64,000 nucleotides of DNA from Candidatus Parcubacteria bacterium (GTDB lineage: Bacteria > Patescibacteriota > Minisyncoccia > Sungbacterales > SURF-37), in the NCBI GenBank assembly GCA_003599755.1, contig QZJO01000013.1:27729-91728 (forward strand), read 5' to 3'. Under the pieces are notes generated by a model that was not told where the DNA came from, did no database searches, and worked only from the letters and a program-made list of their open reading frames with translations. Positions within the stretch are counted from its first letter, which is position 1. Each line of letters begins with the position of its first letter. Positions 46,171 to 54,821 of the stretch are shown here, piece by piece. Made by a program: the position numbers and the translations under genes.

Positions 46171-46196
46171 GTGTACTGCCGTTATACTACAGCCCG
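46171..46196 (-). pseudogene. tRNA 5' piece (acceptor 5' strand CGGGCTG + complete D-arm, identical to the tRNA-Pro D-arm) with no contiguous anticodon or T-arm
   Basis: A 20-bp exact direct repeat of the tRNA-Pro D-arm region (GTGTACTGCCGTTATACTAC at 46131..46150 and 46171..46190). The acceptor CGGGCTG is perfectly complementary to CAGCCCG at 45932..45938. Confidence 0.5.
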
Positions 46197-46221
46197 TGTA
46201 TGCTGCTTGTGCCCCTCCGAT

Positions 46222-46410
46222 TTATCCGGCCTTTCGGTGCAAGGTCTTCAGGCAGCGCGTGCAGGCCTTCACCCGGCGGCCGGACGCCAAACGTACCCAC
46301 TGGAGGTTGGGGTACTTGCGCTCGGTTTTGGTAAGATTGTAGTGTCCGCGGAGAAGCTTCCGGGTACCGCCAATAATTGAGCTTTTGCCGCAGAGTGGAC
46401 AGGCGCGCAT
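46222..46410 (-). CDS. rpmB: 50S ribosomal protein L28
   Basis: MRACPLCGKSSIIGGTRKLLRGHYNLTKTERKYPNLQWVRL… carries the bL28 K(T)xRxxxPNLQ motif. An alternative start is at 46434. Confidence 0.7.
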   Translation of the reverse strand: MRACPLCGKSSIIGGTRKLLRGHYNLTKTERKYPNLQWVRLASGRRVKACTRCLKTLHRKAG

Positions 46411-46452
46411 GGGATTGGGGCGATAAATACTCATTGGTTGTAGCAGACATTC

Positions 46453-47094
46453 ATGGAAAATGCAATTTCGTTTCTCTTCCCATTGGCAGTGCTGGTATTC
46501 TCCGTGGTGCTCCATGAGGTGTCTCACGGGTATGTCGCCAATGCGCTCGGGGATCCGACCGCCAAGTACGCCGGACGCTTGACGCTGAATCCGATCCCGC
46601 ACATCGATCCGGTAGGCTCCATTCTCGTGCCGTTGGCGTCCTGGTTTTTAGGAGGATTTGTCATCGGCTGGGCAAGGCCCGTGCCGTATGATCCGCGCAA
46701 TATCCGCCTCCGCAATACGGAGTTCGGCGCCGCGCTCATCGGGGCGGCGGGACCGGGCGTTAATATCGCGATCGCGTTGATATTCGGCCTCGTGATTCGG
46801 TTCACGGACTTGTGGCAAAACGCGGTTGGCGCGGCGGCATCGCCCATGCTTGAAATATTCGTGACTATTACGATCGTCAATCTATTCCTCGCGATATTCA
46901 ACCTTATACCGATTCCGCCGCTCGATGGATCAAAGGTTCTGTTCTGGCTATTGCCGGGCGAATGGTGGCAGCTCCGCCAGGCCTTAGAGCAATACGGGTT
47001 TTTCATTCTTCTCTTCTTTATATTTGCCCTATCCAATTGGATCGTGCCGATAGTGCGCGCCATTTTTGGCGCTATTACCGGCATCCCGCTCTGA
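46453..47094 (+). CDS. M50-family (site-2 protease-like) membrane metalloprotease
   Basis: HEVSHG (HExxH) within a TM helix, a second-site LDG motif (IPPLDGSKVL), multiple TM segments. Confidence 0.75.
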   Translation: MENAISFLFPLAVLVFSVVLHEVSHGYVANALGDPTAKYAGRLTLNPIPHIDPVGSILVPLASWFLGGFVIGWARPVPYDPRNIRLRNTEFGAALIGAAGPGVNIAIALIFGLVIRFTDLWQNAVGAAASPMLEIFVTITIVNLFLAIFNLIPIPPLDGSKVLFWLLPGEWWQLRQALEQYGFFILLFFIFALSNWIVPIVRAIFGAITGIPL

Positions 47095-47100
47095 GCTGCG

Positions 47101-47129
47101 TTGACAGCCCCTGCCCTCCTCCGTATACT
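47101..47129 (+). promoter_or_regulatory. Near-consensus sigma70 promoter of the str operon (TTGACA-N17-TATACT)
   Basis: TTGACA at 47101..47106, 17-nt spacer, TATACT at 47124..47129. About 180-nt leader before rpsL. Confidence 0.55.
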
Positions 47130-47308
47130 CGGAATGTTATGCGTTCGTCTGCGCGCCCGGCGGGCGAGCAGAAATGAACCTATAATTCCGTTTCATCGGG
47201 GGCAGTTACGCCTCGGAGAGCGTTCTAGCGGAGCGGATTCCCGGCATTGCTCGGCGGGCCAGTAATTCGGCTCGACGATGATGCGGGGTTTTCTCTACCT
47301 ACGATTTC

Positions 47309-47722
47309 ATGCCGACGATTCATCAACTTCTAAAACACGGGCGTGGCCGCAAGCGCGCCAAGTCCAAAGCCCCCGCCCTGGGGCGTGGTTTTAATACGAT
47401 CTACAACCGGCCGGTACAATACGCGTCGCCGTTCAAGCGCGGCGTGTGCGTTAAGGTTTCGACCATGACCCCGAAAAAGCCCAACTCCGCGCTCCGCAAG
47501 GTAGCGCGCGTGCGGCTGACCAACGGCATGGAGGTTACTGCCTATATCCCTGGCGAGAAGCATAATCTTCAGGAGCACTCGGTCGTGATTATCCGCGGCG
47601 GCCGCGTCAAAGACCTTCCGGGCGTGCGCTATCATATCGTGCGCGGCGTGTTGGACACCGGCGGCGTGGAAGGCCGGCGGCAGCAGCGCTCGAAGTACGG
47701 CGCCAAGCGACCGAAGTCATAA
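47309..47722 (+). CDS. rpsL: 30S ribosomal protein S12 (with a short internal insertion)
   Basis: [24 protein letters not shown]…[28 protein letters not shown]…. Confidence 0.9.
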   Translation: MPTIHQLLKHGRGRKRAKSKAPALGRGFNTIYNRPVQYASPFKRGVCVKVSTMTPKKPNSALRKVARVRLTNGMEVTAYIPGEKHNLQEHSVVIIRGGRVKDLPGVRYHIVRGVLDTGGVEGRRQQRSKYGAKRPKS

Positions 47723-47725
47723 CCT

Positions 47726-48193
47726 ATGCGCCGCAAACGCAATTTCGAACGCGATATCGCACCCGACCCGCGCTATGACAGCGTGTTGATCGCCAAGCTT
47801 GTTAATTCAGTCATGCAGAAAGGGAAAAAGTCCGTGGCGGAGTCGGTGATCTATGACGCGTTTGATCTGATCGCGAAAGAGACCGGCGAAGATCCATTGA
47901 TCGTATTCCAACGCGCGATGCAAAACGCGTCGCCGTTGCTGGAGATCAAGTCGCGGCGCATTGGCGGCGCGAACTACCAGGTGCCGCGCGAGGTGAATCC
48001 GAAGCGCCGCGTGGCGCTGGCATTGCGCTGGCTGATCGGCGCAGCGCGCGCCAAAACGGGCAAGCCCATGGCCGCGCGATTGGCCGAAGAAATCATGCTC
48101 GCGGCCAAAAACGAAGGCGCGGCGATCAAGCGCAAAGCCGATATGCATCGGATGGCAGAAGCCAACAAAGCATTTGCGCATTTTGCGTGGTAA
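47726..48193 (+). CDS. rpsG: 30S ribosomal protein S7
   Basis: MRRKRNFERDIAPDPRYDSVLIAKLVNSVMQKGKKSVAE…. Confidence 0.9.
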   Translation: MRRKRNFERDIAPDPRYDSVLIAKLVNSVMQKGKKSVAESVIYDAFDLIAKETGEDPLIVFQRAMQNASPLLEIKSRRIGGANYQVPREVNPKRRVALALRWLIGAARAKTGKPMAARLAEEIMLAAKNEGAAIKRKADMHRMAEANKAFAHFAW

Positions 48194-48202
48194 CTCTTCA
48201 GA

Positions 48203-48529
48203 ATGGATCTTGGGATTCGCTCGAAACATAAGATTAGGCTTGGGCTTATTATAAGTTCGCTGGTATTTGGTTTTTTATTTACCGCCTTCGCGGGAATCGT
48301 GCTGTATGCATACACACTTACTAGTGTGTTTTCCGGCGGAGAACTTATGTGCTACGGATTTTTTAGTGATGGAAGTCCATGCTCATATGTAGATATCGTA
48401 GTGCGAGGTGCAGGATTTCTCCTGGGTGGCTTCCGCGATGCGGAGTCATGGATCATACCTTTGGTTTCTGCTGGCATTTTCTATATCGCGGTAGATAATA
48501 TTTCCCGTCTGAAAGCACGCGCCGTATAG
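48203..48529 (+). CDS. Small low-GC membrane protein (108 aa, 2-3 TM) inserted between rpsG and fusA
   Basis: Exactly fills the rpsG-fusA spacer (ends 1 nt before the fusA ATG). About 45% GC by eye, against over 60% in flanking genes. TM segments [25 protein letters not shown] and [14 protein letters not shown]. Confidence 0.45.
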   Translation: MDLGIRSKHKIRLGLIISSLVFGFLFTAFAGIVLYAYTLTSVFSGGELMCYGFFSDGSPCSYVDIVVRGAGFLLGGFRDAESWIIPLVSAGIFYIAVDNISRLKARAV

Positions 48530-48530
48530 C

Positions 48531-50648
48531 ATGGCACGAGAATATCCACTCGAAAGAACAAGAAACATCGGGATCATCGCCCATATCGACGCCGGAAAAA
48601 CCACGGTTTCCGAGCGCATTTTGTTTTACACCGGGGTCTCGCACAAAATCGGCGAGGTGCACGAGGGCGACACGGTCATGGACTGGATGGAGCAGGAGCG
48701 GGAGCGGGGCATCACCATTACCGCGGCCGCGACCAATGCATTCTGGAAGCCGTCGTATCTTGCCGAAGCGCAGAAGACCAAAGACAACGAATACCGGATC
48801 AATCTCATCGATACCCCGGGCCACATCGATTTTACCGTCGAGGTGAAGCGCTCGCTCCGGGTGCTGGACGGCGCGGTCGTCGTGTTCGACGGCGTAGCCG
48901 GCGTCGAACCGCAATCCGAAACCAACTGGCGCTACGCGGATGATTACCGCGTGCCGCGCATCTGTTTCATCAATAAGCTCGATCGCACCGGCGCGTCGTT
49001 CGAAAAATCACTCGCTTCTATTTACGAACGGCTGACGCCCAACGCCGTGGCGCTCTCCATTCCGATCGGATCGGAAGCGGATTTCGAGGGCGTGATCGAT
49101 CTTCTGAACGAGCAAGCGGTCCGGTTCCTCGGCGAACGGGGCGAGCGGATCGAGCGAGGGCCGATTCCCGACGCATTGAAAGAAACCGCGGCCGAGTGGC
49201 GGGCCAAGATGGTGGAAAAGATTTCGGAGACCGACGACGCGCTGACCGAAAAATTCCTGAATGCCGAGGCGATCACGCCGGCTGAACTGAAGGTGGCGCT
49301 GCGCCAAGCGACTCTCGCGGCCAAGCTCGTGCCGGTGCTTGCCGGCTCGGCTTTGAAAAACAAAGGCGTGCAGCTCGTACTCGACGCGGTCGTGGATTAT
49401 CTGCCCTCGCCGCTCGACCTGCCGCCGGTCAAAGGCGTCAATCCCAAAACCGGCGCCGAAGAAGAGCGCGCGGCCAAGGATGACGCGCCGTTTGCGGCGC
49501 TTGCGTTCAAGCTGCAATCCGATCCGTTCGTCGGGCAGCTGACGTTCTTTCGCGTGTATTCGGGTACGCTCGCAGCCGGTTCGTACGTATTGAACACCAC
49601 GAAGGGTGAACAAGAGCGCGTGGGTCGGATTTTGCGATTGCACGCGAACCATCGCGAAGAATTGAAAGAGATCCAGGCCGGCAATATCGGCGCGATCGTT
49701 GGCCTCAAGATCACGCGTACCGGCGATACGCTGGCTGACCCCGACCATCCGATCGTGCTCGAACAGATCCAATTTCCCGAGCCGGTGGTGTCGCTGCGCA
49801 TCGAACCGAAAACCAAGGCCGACCAGGAAAAAATGGGCATCGCGTTGCGCCGATTGTCCGAAGAGGACCCGACGTTCCGCATCAAGGGCGATGTCGAGAC
49901 GGGCGAGACGATCATCTCGGGCATGGGCGAGCTGCACCTCGAGATCATCGTGGACCGGATGCGCCGGGAATTTTCCGTGGAAGCGAACGCCGGCCGCCCG
50001 CAGGTCGCGTACAAAGAAACCGTTAAAAAGGCGGCCGAAGCCGAAGGCAAGTACATCCGCCAGACCGGCGGCCGGGGACAATACGGCCATGTGCGGCTCC
50101 GCGTGACCCCGCAGGAACGAGGCAAGGGCTTTGAATTCGTCAATGAAATCAAGGGTGGCGTGATTCCTCAGGAATTCATCCCAGCCGTGGAAAAAGGCGT
50201 GCGCGAGGCGACTGATCGCGGGGTGCTCGCCGGCTATCCGGTCGTGGACTTGCAGGTGGCGCTCTACGACGGTTCATTCCATGACGTGGACTCGTCTGAA
50301 GCCGCGTTCAAAATCGCGGGTTCCATGGCATTCCAGGAAGGCGCACGCCGCGCGGGACTCGTACTCTTGGAGCCGATTATGCGCGTCGAAGTAGTCACGC
50401 CCGAGCAATTCCTCGGCGACGTGACCGGGGATCTGAACGCCAAGCGCGCGCGGATCCAGGCGATGAACGAGCGCGCGATGGGCGTCAAAGTCATCGAGGC
50501 CCAGGTGCCGCTTGCCGAGATGTTCGGCTACGCGACCACGCTTCGTTCGTTGACGCAGGGTCGGGCGTCATTTACGATGGAGTTCAGCCATTATGAGGAG
50601 GTCCCGTCGAACATCGCACAGACGATTGTCGCGGGGCGCACCGGGTAG
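48531..50648 (+). CDS. fusA: Elongation factor G
   Basis: [25 protein letters not shown]…DTPGHIDF…NKLDR. 705 aa. Confidence 0.95.
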   Translation: MAREYPLERTRNIGIIAHIDAGKTTVSERILFYTGVSHKIGEVHEGDTVMDWMEQERERGITITAAATNAFWKPSYLAEAQKTKDNEYRINLIDTPGHIDFTVEVKRSLRVLDGAVVVFDGVAGVEPQSETNWRYADDYRVPRICFINKLDRTGASFEKSLASIYERLTPNAVALSIPIGSEADFEGVIDLLNEQAVRFLGERGERIERGPIPDALKETAAEWRAKMVEKISETDDALTEKFLNAEAITPAELKVALRQATLAAKLVPVLAGSALKNKGVQLVLDAVVDYLPSPLDLPPVKGVNPKTGAEEERAAKDDAPFAALAFKLQSDPFVGQLTFFRVYSGTLAAGSYVLNTTKGEQERVGRILRLHANHREELKEIQAGNIGAIVGLKITRTGDTLADPDHPIVLEQIQFPEPVVSLRIEPKTKADQEKMGIALRRLSEEDPTFRIKGDVETGETIISGMGELHLEIIVDRMRREFSVEANAGRPQVAYKETVKKAAEAEGKYIRQTGGRGQYGHVRLRVTPQERGKGFEFVNEIKGGVIPQEFIPAVEKGVREATDRGVLAGYPVVDLQVALYDGSFHDVDSSEAAFKIAGSMAFQEGARRAGLVLLEPIMRVEVVTPEQFLGDVTGDLNAKRARIQAMNERAMGVKVIEAQVPLAEMFGYATTLRSLTQGRASFTMEFSHYEEVPSNIAQTIVAGRTG

Positions 50649-50656
50649 TTCAGCAT

Positions 50657-50950
50657 ATGTTGGATGACCTCACCTCACTCATTCGCAACGGCGAGCGCTA
50701 CATCATCGTCGAAGGCGGCAAGCCGCGCTACGTGCTTTTGAGTTTCGATGATTATCGCGCGCTCGTGGGCGGTGCCGGCAACTCGACTGCGTCCGCACCC
50801 GCGGTCCGCGCGGACCTCGATCTGGCGAATGCCGAGCTCCAGGCGGCTCGTCAGCGTCCGAGCGCCGACATCCCGCCCGAGGCCTTGCCCATGGCCGTCG
50901 CGGCAGCGCCCGATCCCCTGAGCATCCGGCTCGAGGATCTGCCGCTTTAG
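50657..50950 (+). CDS. Small protein with a Phd/YefM-antitoxin-like N-terminal region and an Ala/Pro-rich tail (97 aa)
   Basis: ERYIIVEGGKPRYVLLSFDDYRAL resembles the Phd/YefM beta-strand/helix core. Sits between fusA and tuf with no toxin partner. Confidence 0.3.
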   Translation: MLDDLTSLIRNGERYIIVEGGKPRYVLLSFDDYRALVGGAGNSTASAPAVRADLDLANAELQAARQRPSADIPPEALPMAVAAAPDPLSIRLEDLPL

Positions 50951-50965
50951 AGCATCCGGCGGCGC

Positions 50966-50994
50966 TTGACCGGTTTGCAAAGGCCTGCTACCAT
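50966..50994 (+). promoter_or_regulatory. Putative internal promoter for tuf (TTGACC-N17-TACCAT)
   Basis: TTGACC at 50966..50971, 17-nt spacer, TACCAT at 50989..50994, about 90 nt upstream of tuf. Confidence 0.3.
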
Positions 50995-51087
50995 GCATCT
51001 GTTTGGTAATGGCTTGAAACCGGCTTTCGCCGGAGCTTTTATCCGGTCGTTATTCGTATCATTCATTAGCGATATTAATACTGCACT

Positions 51088-52281
51088 ATGGCAGGGAAGT
51101 TTGAACGATTGAAGCCGCACCTGAACGTCGGCACCATCGGTCACGTGGACCACGGCAAGACGACGCTGACTGCGGCCATCACCAAGTCGCTGAATCTCGC
51201 GGGATTCCAGTCCCGGGTGGAATCGGTCGACCAGATCGACAACGCGCCCGAGGAAAAGGCGCGCGGCATTACCATCGCGCTCCATCACTCGGAGTACGAG
51301 ACCGACAAGCGCCACTACGCGCACATCGACGCGCCGGGCCACGCCGACTACATCAAGAACATGATTACGGGTGCCGCTCAGATGGACGGCGCGATCCTCG
51401 TCGTATCGGCAGTGGACGGCCCGATGCCCCAGACCCGCGAACATATCCTGCTCGCGCGCCAGGTCGGCGTACCGGCTATCGTGGTTTTCTTGAACAAAGT
51501 GGACATGGTGCAGGAAAAAGAGCTTGTGGATTTGGTGGAAGCCGAAGTTCGTGAGTTGCTCAAGAAATATGAATTTCCGGGCGATACGACGCCGGTTATT
51601 CGCGGCTCGGCCTTGAAGGCGCTCGAAGCGACTTCGAAGGACGATCCGGCGGTGCAGCCGATTCTTGAATTGGCAAAAGCGCTCGATGAATTCGTGCCCG
51701 ATCCGGTGCGCGACGTCGAAAAGCCGTTTTTGATGCCGGTCGAGGACGTGTTCTCGATCGAAGGCCGCGGCACCGTGGTGACCGGCCGTATCGAACGCGG
51801 CAAAGTCAAGCTTAATGACGAAATCGAAATCATCGGCTTGAAAGACACCGCGAAGACGACGATTACCGGCATCGAGATGTTCAACAAGTCCCTGGACGAA
51901 GGCATGGCCGGCGACAATGCGGGCATCCTGCTCCGCGGTCTTAAGAAAGAAGACGTCGAGCGTGGCCAAGTGCTCGCCAAGCCCGGCTCTGTGACGCCGC
52001 ACACCGAATTCGAATCCGAGGTCTATATTCTGACCAAGGAGGAAGGCGGCCGCCACACGCCGTTTTTCGCCGGGTACAAGCCCCAATTTTACATCCGCAC
52101 CACGGACGTAACGGGCGAAGTGACCCTGCCGGCCGGAACCGAGATGGTCATGCCGGGCGATACGATTACCTTCCAAGTGAAGCTCATCCAGCCGGTCGCA
52201 CTGGAAGAGAAGCAGCGATTCGCAATCCGCGAGGGCGGCAAGACCGTCGGCGCGGGCGTCGTGACCAAAATCAACAAGTAA
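51088..52281 (+). CDS. tuf: Elongation factor Tu
   Basis: [20 protein letters not shown]…DAPGHADY…NKVD. 397 aa. Confidence 0.95.
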   Translation: MAGKFERLKPHLNVGTIGHVDHGKTTLTAAITKSLNLAGFQSRVESVDQIDNAPEEKARGITIALHHSEYETDKRHYAHIDAPGHADYIKNMITGAAQMDGAILVVSAVDGPMPQTREHILLARQVGVPAIVVFLNKVDMVQEKELVDLVEAEVRELLKKYEFPGDTTPVIRGSALKALEATSKDDPAVQPILELAKALDEFVPDPVRDVEKPFLMPVEDVFSIEGRGTVVTGRIERGKVKLNDEIEIIGLKDTAKTTITGIEMFNKSLDEGMAGDNAGILLRGLKKEDVERGQVLAKPGSVTPHTEFESEVYILTKEEGGRHTPFFAGYKPQFYIRTTDVTGEVTLPAGTEMVMPGDTITFQVKLIQPVALEEKQRFAIREGGKTVGAGVVTKINK

Positions 52282-52360
52282 TCCCAGGATGAAGGCGCGG
52301 GCGAACCCTTGTATCGCTCGCGTCTTCGTTCCTTGAACCCGCCAGTTCTTCGAAACGAGT

Positions 52361-52693
52361 ATGGCAACCGCTGTCCGCGAAGAGGAGGTAAAGCCGCGCA
52401 TCCGGATCCGCATCCGGGCCTATGATCATAAGATCATCGATGCCTCGGTGCGTCAGATCGTGGATACTGCGCGCCGCCACGGGGCCGATGTCATCGGCCC
52501 GGTGCCATTGCCGACTGAAATCCGGAAATACACGGTGAACCGCTCGACCTTCGTCCATAAAGATGCGCGCGAGCAGTACGAAATGCGGGTGCACAAGCGC
52601 CTCGTGGACATCGTGAACCCCACGCCCAAAATCATCGACGCGCTGACGAATCTGACGCTGCCGGCCGGCGTGGATATTGAAATCAAGATGTGA
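52361..52693 (+). CDS. rpsJ: 30S ribosomal protein S10
   Basis: [42 protein letters not shown]…. Confidence 0.9.
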   Translation: MATAVREEEVKPRIRIRIRAYDHKIIDASVRQIVDTARRHGADVIGPVPLPTEIRKYTVNRSTFVHKDAREQYEMRVHKRLVDIVNPTPKIIDALTNLTLPAGVDIEIKM

Positions 52694-53005
52694 GGTTTTG
52701 CCTGCCGAGGCGGAGCCGAGAGGCCCTAAAATCTTCATCCGCCGAAGCTTTGCCGGCAGGCAGGTTCAGCGGAGGCGAATTGCCAAAATGCATTCCTGCC
52801 CTTTTCTCCCAGTGCGAAGCAGTGGAGGAAAAGGGGAGTGATGCAACCGGCTCACTCCGCCCGTTGTCCCTTCGACTCGCTCCGTTCGCTCAGGGTAAGC
52901 ACCTGCAGCGCGCAAGCAGAAAGAAGGTGGGCGCCTTATTTGCAAGGCATAATCGTGATTGATTTCGTGCACCGGTAGGCACTGCGGCCAAGCGCGTATC
53001 CCAAG

Positions 53006-53028
53006 GCGGGCGTTGCCCGTTTTTTCTT
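53006..53028 (+). terminator. Terminator/attenuator-like hairpin CGGGC-GTT-GCCCG + TTTTTTCTTG inside the unusually long rpsJ-rplC spacer
   Basis: 5-bp GC stem with a 3-nt loop followed by six T's, about 90 nt upstream of rplC. The 425-bp spacer is otherwise noncoding. Confidence 0.35.
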
Positions 53029-53118
53029 GTCTTCATGCGCCGGCCAGCTCGCCATACCGCTCTTCCCCGGCCTCTGCATTTCTGCTACGAATGGCCGGTG
53101 GCCTGATCGATTCCATCC

Positions 53119-53736
53119 ATGTCCAAATTCATTCTCGGCAAAAAGCTCGGTATGACCCAGGTGTTCGACGCATCGGGCGCGGTGATTCCCGCAACCCTGA
53201 TCGCGGTCGCGCCCCTTACGGTCATTCGAGTGAAAACCAAGGAGCGCGATGGCTATACCGCGGTCCAGCTTGGCTATGGCCGCCGCCGCCCGACGCGTGT
53301 CGCCAAGGCCCAGCGCGAGGAATGGAAGGATCTCGGCCCGTTTGCCGTCGTGCGCGAGGCGCGGGGCTTGAGTCAAGGCGAGCGGGCGAGCACCATCGAT
53401 ATTTCGCAGTTTGCCGAAGGCGATGAGGTTATTGTCAGCGGCGTTTCCAAAGCGAAGGGATTTGCCGGCGTGATGAAACGCCACGGATTCCACGGCGCTC
53501 CGGCGACCCACGGCACGAAACACGCGCACCGCGAACCGGGTTCCATCGGCGGCGGGGGCGGACGGGCCGGCGGCCGCGTGGTCAAAGGCATGCGCATGGC
53601 CGGCCGCATGGGCGCGGACCACGTCACGCGCCGGGGCGTACCGATCGTGAAAATCGACGCCGAGCATAACATTATCGCGGTGAAAGGCGCGGTACCCGGT
53701 CCGCGGGGCGCGCTTATCGAAATTCGCGCGGACTGA
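53119..53736 (+). CDS. rplC: 50S ribosomal protein L3
   Basis: MSKFILGKKLGMTQVFDASGAVIPATLI…FKTRQG… L3 signature. Confidence 0.9.
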   Translation: MSKFILGKKLGMTQVFDASGAVIPATLIAVAPLTVIRVKTKERDGYTAVQLGYGRRRPTRVAKAQREEWKDLGPFAVVREARGLSQGERASTIDISQFAEGDEVIVSGVSKAKGFAGVMKRHGFHGAPATHGTKHAHREPGSIGGGGGRAGGRVVKGMRMAGRMGADHVTRRGVPIVKIDAEHNIIAVKGAVPGPRGALIEIRAD

Positions 53737-53741
53737 CATTT

Positions 53742-54401
53742 ATGAACATCGGCGTATACAACCAAGAAGGAAACCGCGTGGGCGAGATGGAATTGCCCGC
53801 CGCGTTTGCCATGCGTTGGAACGCGAATCTCGTGCATCAGGTGGTGACGAGCGAGCTCGCGAACCGCCGACCGACCGTTGCGCACACACGGGGCCGGAGC
53901 GAGGTTCGCGGCGGCGGAAAAAAACCGTGGCGCCAGAAAGGCACGGGCCGCGCGCGCCACGGGTCCATCCGATCGCCGATTTGGAAGGGCGGCGGCGTGA
54001 CCCATGGACCAACCAAAGAGCACGATTTCAAGAAAAAGATCAACCGCCGCATGGCGGCCAAGGCCCTGGCCATGGTACTGGGCGCGAAAGCCCGTGACCA
54101 CGAGCTCGTGGTGGTGGATACGCTGCAACTTGGCGCGCCCAAAACCAAGCAGGCCGCGGCGGCATTTGCCAATATCGCCAAGGGTGCCGCGATCCGCGAT
54201 TGGGGCGGCAAAAAGCCGCGCGCGCTCCTTCTCTTGCCCAAGAAGGATGAGATCGTGATTCGCGCGAGCCGGAACATTCCGTTTTTGGAACTCATGGAGG
54301 CGCGCAACGTCACCGCGCTCGATGCCCTTAACCGCAAGTACGTCGTCGCGCCCCAGGAGGCGATCGCCGTGCTCGCCGAACGCCTGAAGCGCGCCGCCTA
54401 A
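53742..54401 (+). CDS. rplD: 50S ribosomal protein L4
   Basis: …RGRSEVRGGGKKPWRQKGTGRARHGSIRSPIWKGGGVTHGP…. Confidence 0.9.
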   Translation: MNIGVYNQEGNRVGEMELPAAFAMRWNANLVHQVVTSELANRRPTVAHTRGRSEVRGGGKKPWRQKGTGRARHGSIRSPIWKGGGVTHGPTKEHDFKKKINRRMAAKALAMVLGAKARDHELVVVDTLQLGAPKTKQAAAAFANIAKGAAIRDWGGKKPRALLLLPKKDEIVIRASRNIPFLELMEARNVTALDALNRKYVVAPQEAIAVLAERLKRAA

Positions 54402-54411
54402 CCCGCGAATC

Positions 54412-54816
54412 ATGTTCAATCCGTTCAAAAAAGAAGCGAAGCTCAAGACCGAGCCGCCGACTAAAGCCCCGCGTCGCGCGGCAACGGCCGCGCCGCAAGC
54501 CGCGGCCAAGCCAGCGGCCGCGCCGCGTAGCGCGGAGGCGCGCCGGTTTATCGGCATCGTCATTGCGCCGCATGTCACGGAAAAAGCGAGCATGGCCGGC
54601 GCCCATAATTGGTATACGTTTCGCGTCCGGCCGCAGGCCACGAAAATCGAAATCCGTCGCGCTGTGGAAGAGCGCTACGGGGTTTCAGTCGAGCGCGTAC
54701 GCGTACTCAACACCCTGCCGCGCCGCATTCGACTCGGCCGTACGGAGGGCACGGTATCTGGATTCCGCAAAGCCATGGTAAAAATTGCGCCCGGCCAGAA
54801 AATCGAATTTACCTAA
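54412..54816 (+). CDS. rplW: 50S ribosomal protein L23 (Lys/Ala-rich N-terminal extension)
   Basis: …IGIVIAPHVTEKASMAGAHNWYTFRVRPQATKIEIRRAVEERYGVSVERVRVLN…. Confidence 0.85.
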   Translation: MFNPFKKEAKLKTEPPTKAPRRAATAAPQAAAKPAAAPRSAEARRFIGIVIAPHVTEKASMAGAHNWYTFRVRPQATKIEIRRAVEERYGVSVERVRVLNTLPRRIRLGRTEGTVSGFRKAMVKIAPGQKIEFT

Positions 54817-54821
54817 ATTTC

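Noticed and set aside
45870-46380. ORFs 45870..46076(-) and 45901..46380(+) overlapping the tRNA-Pro cluster
   Set aside because: They span tRNA genes and tRNA fragments, and the 33-bp palindrome lies inside them. No coding signal; they are artefacts of GC-rich noncoding DNA.
52690-52972. Small ORFs in the rpsJ-rplC spacer (52690..52962 + and 52766..52972 -)
   Set aside because: Compositionally odd, mutually antisense, with no motif. The region is better explained as structured noncoding leader or attenuator sequence.
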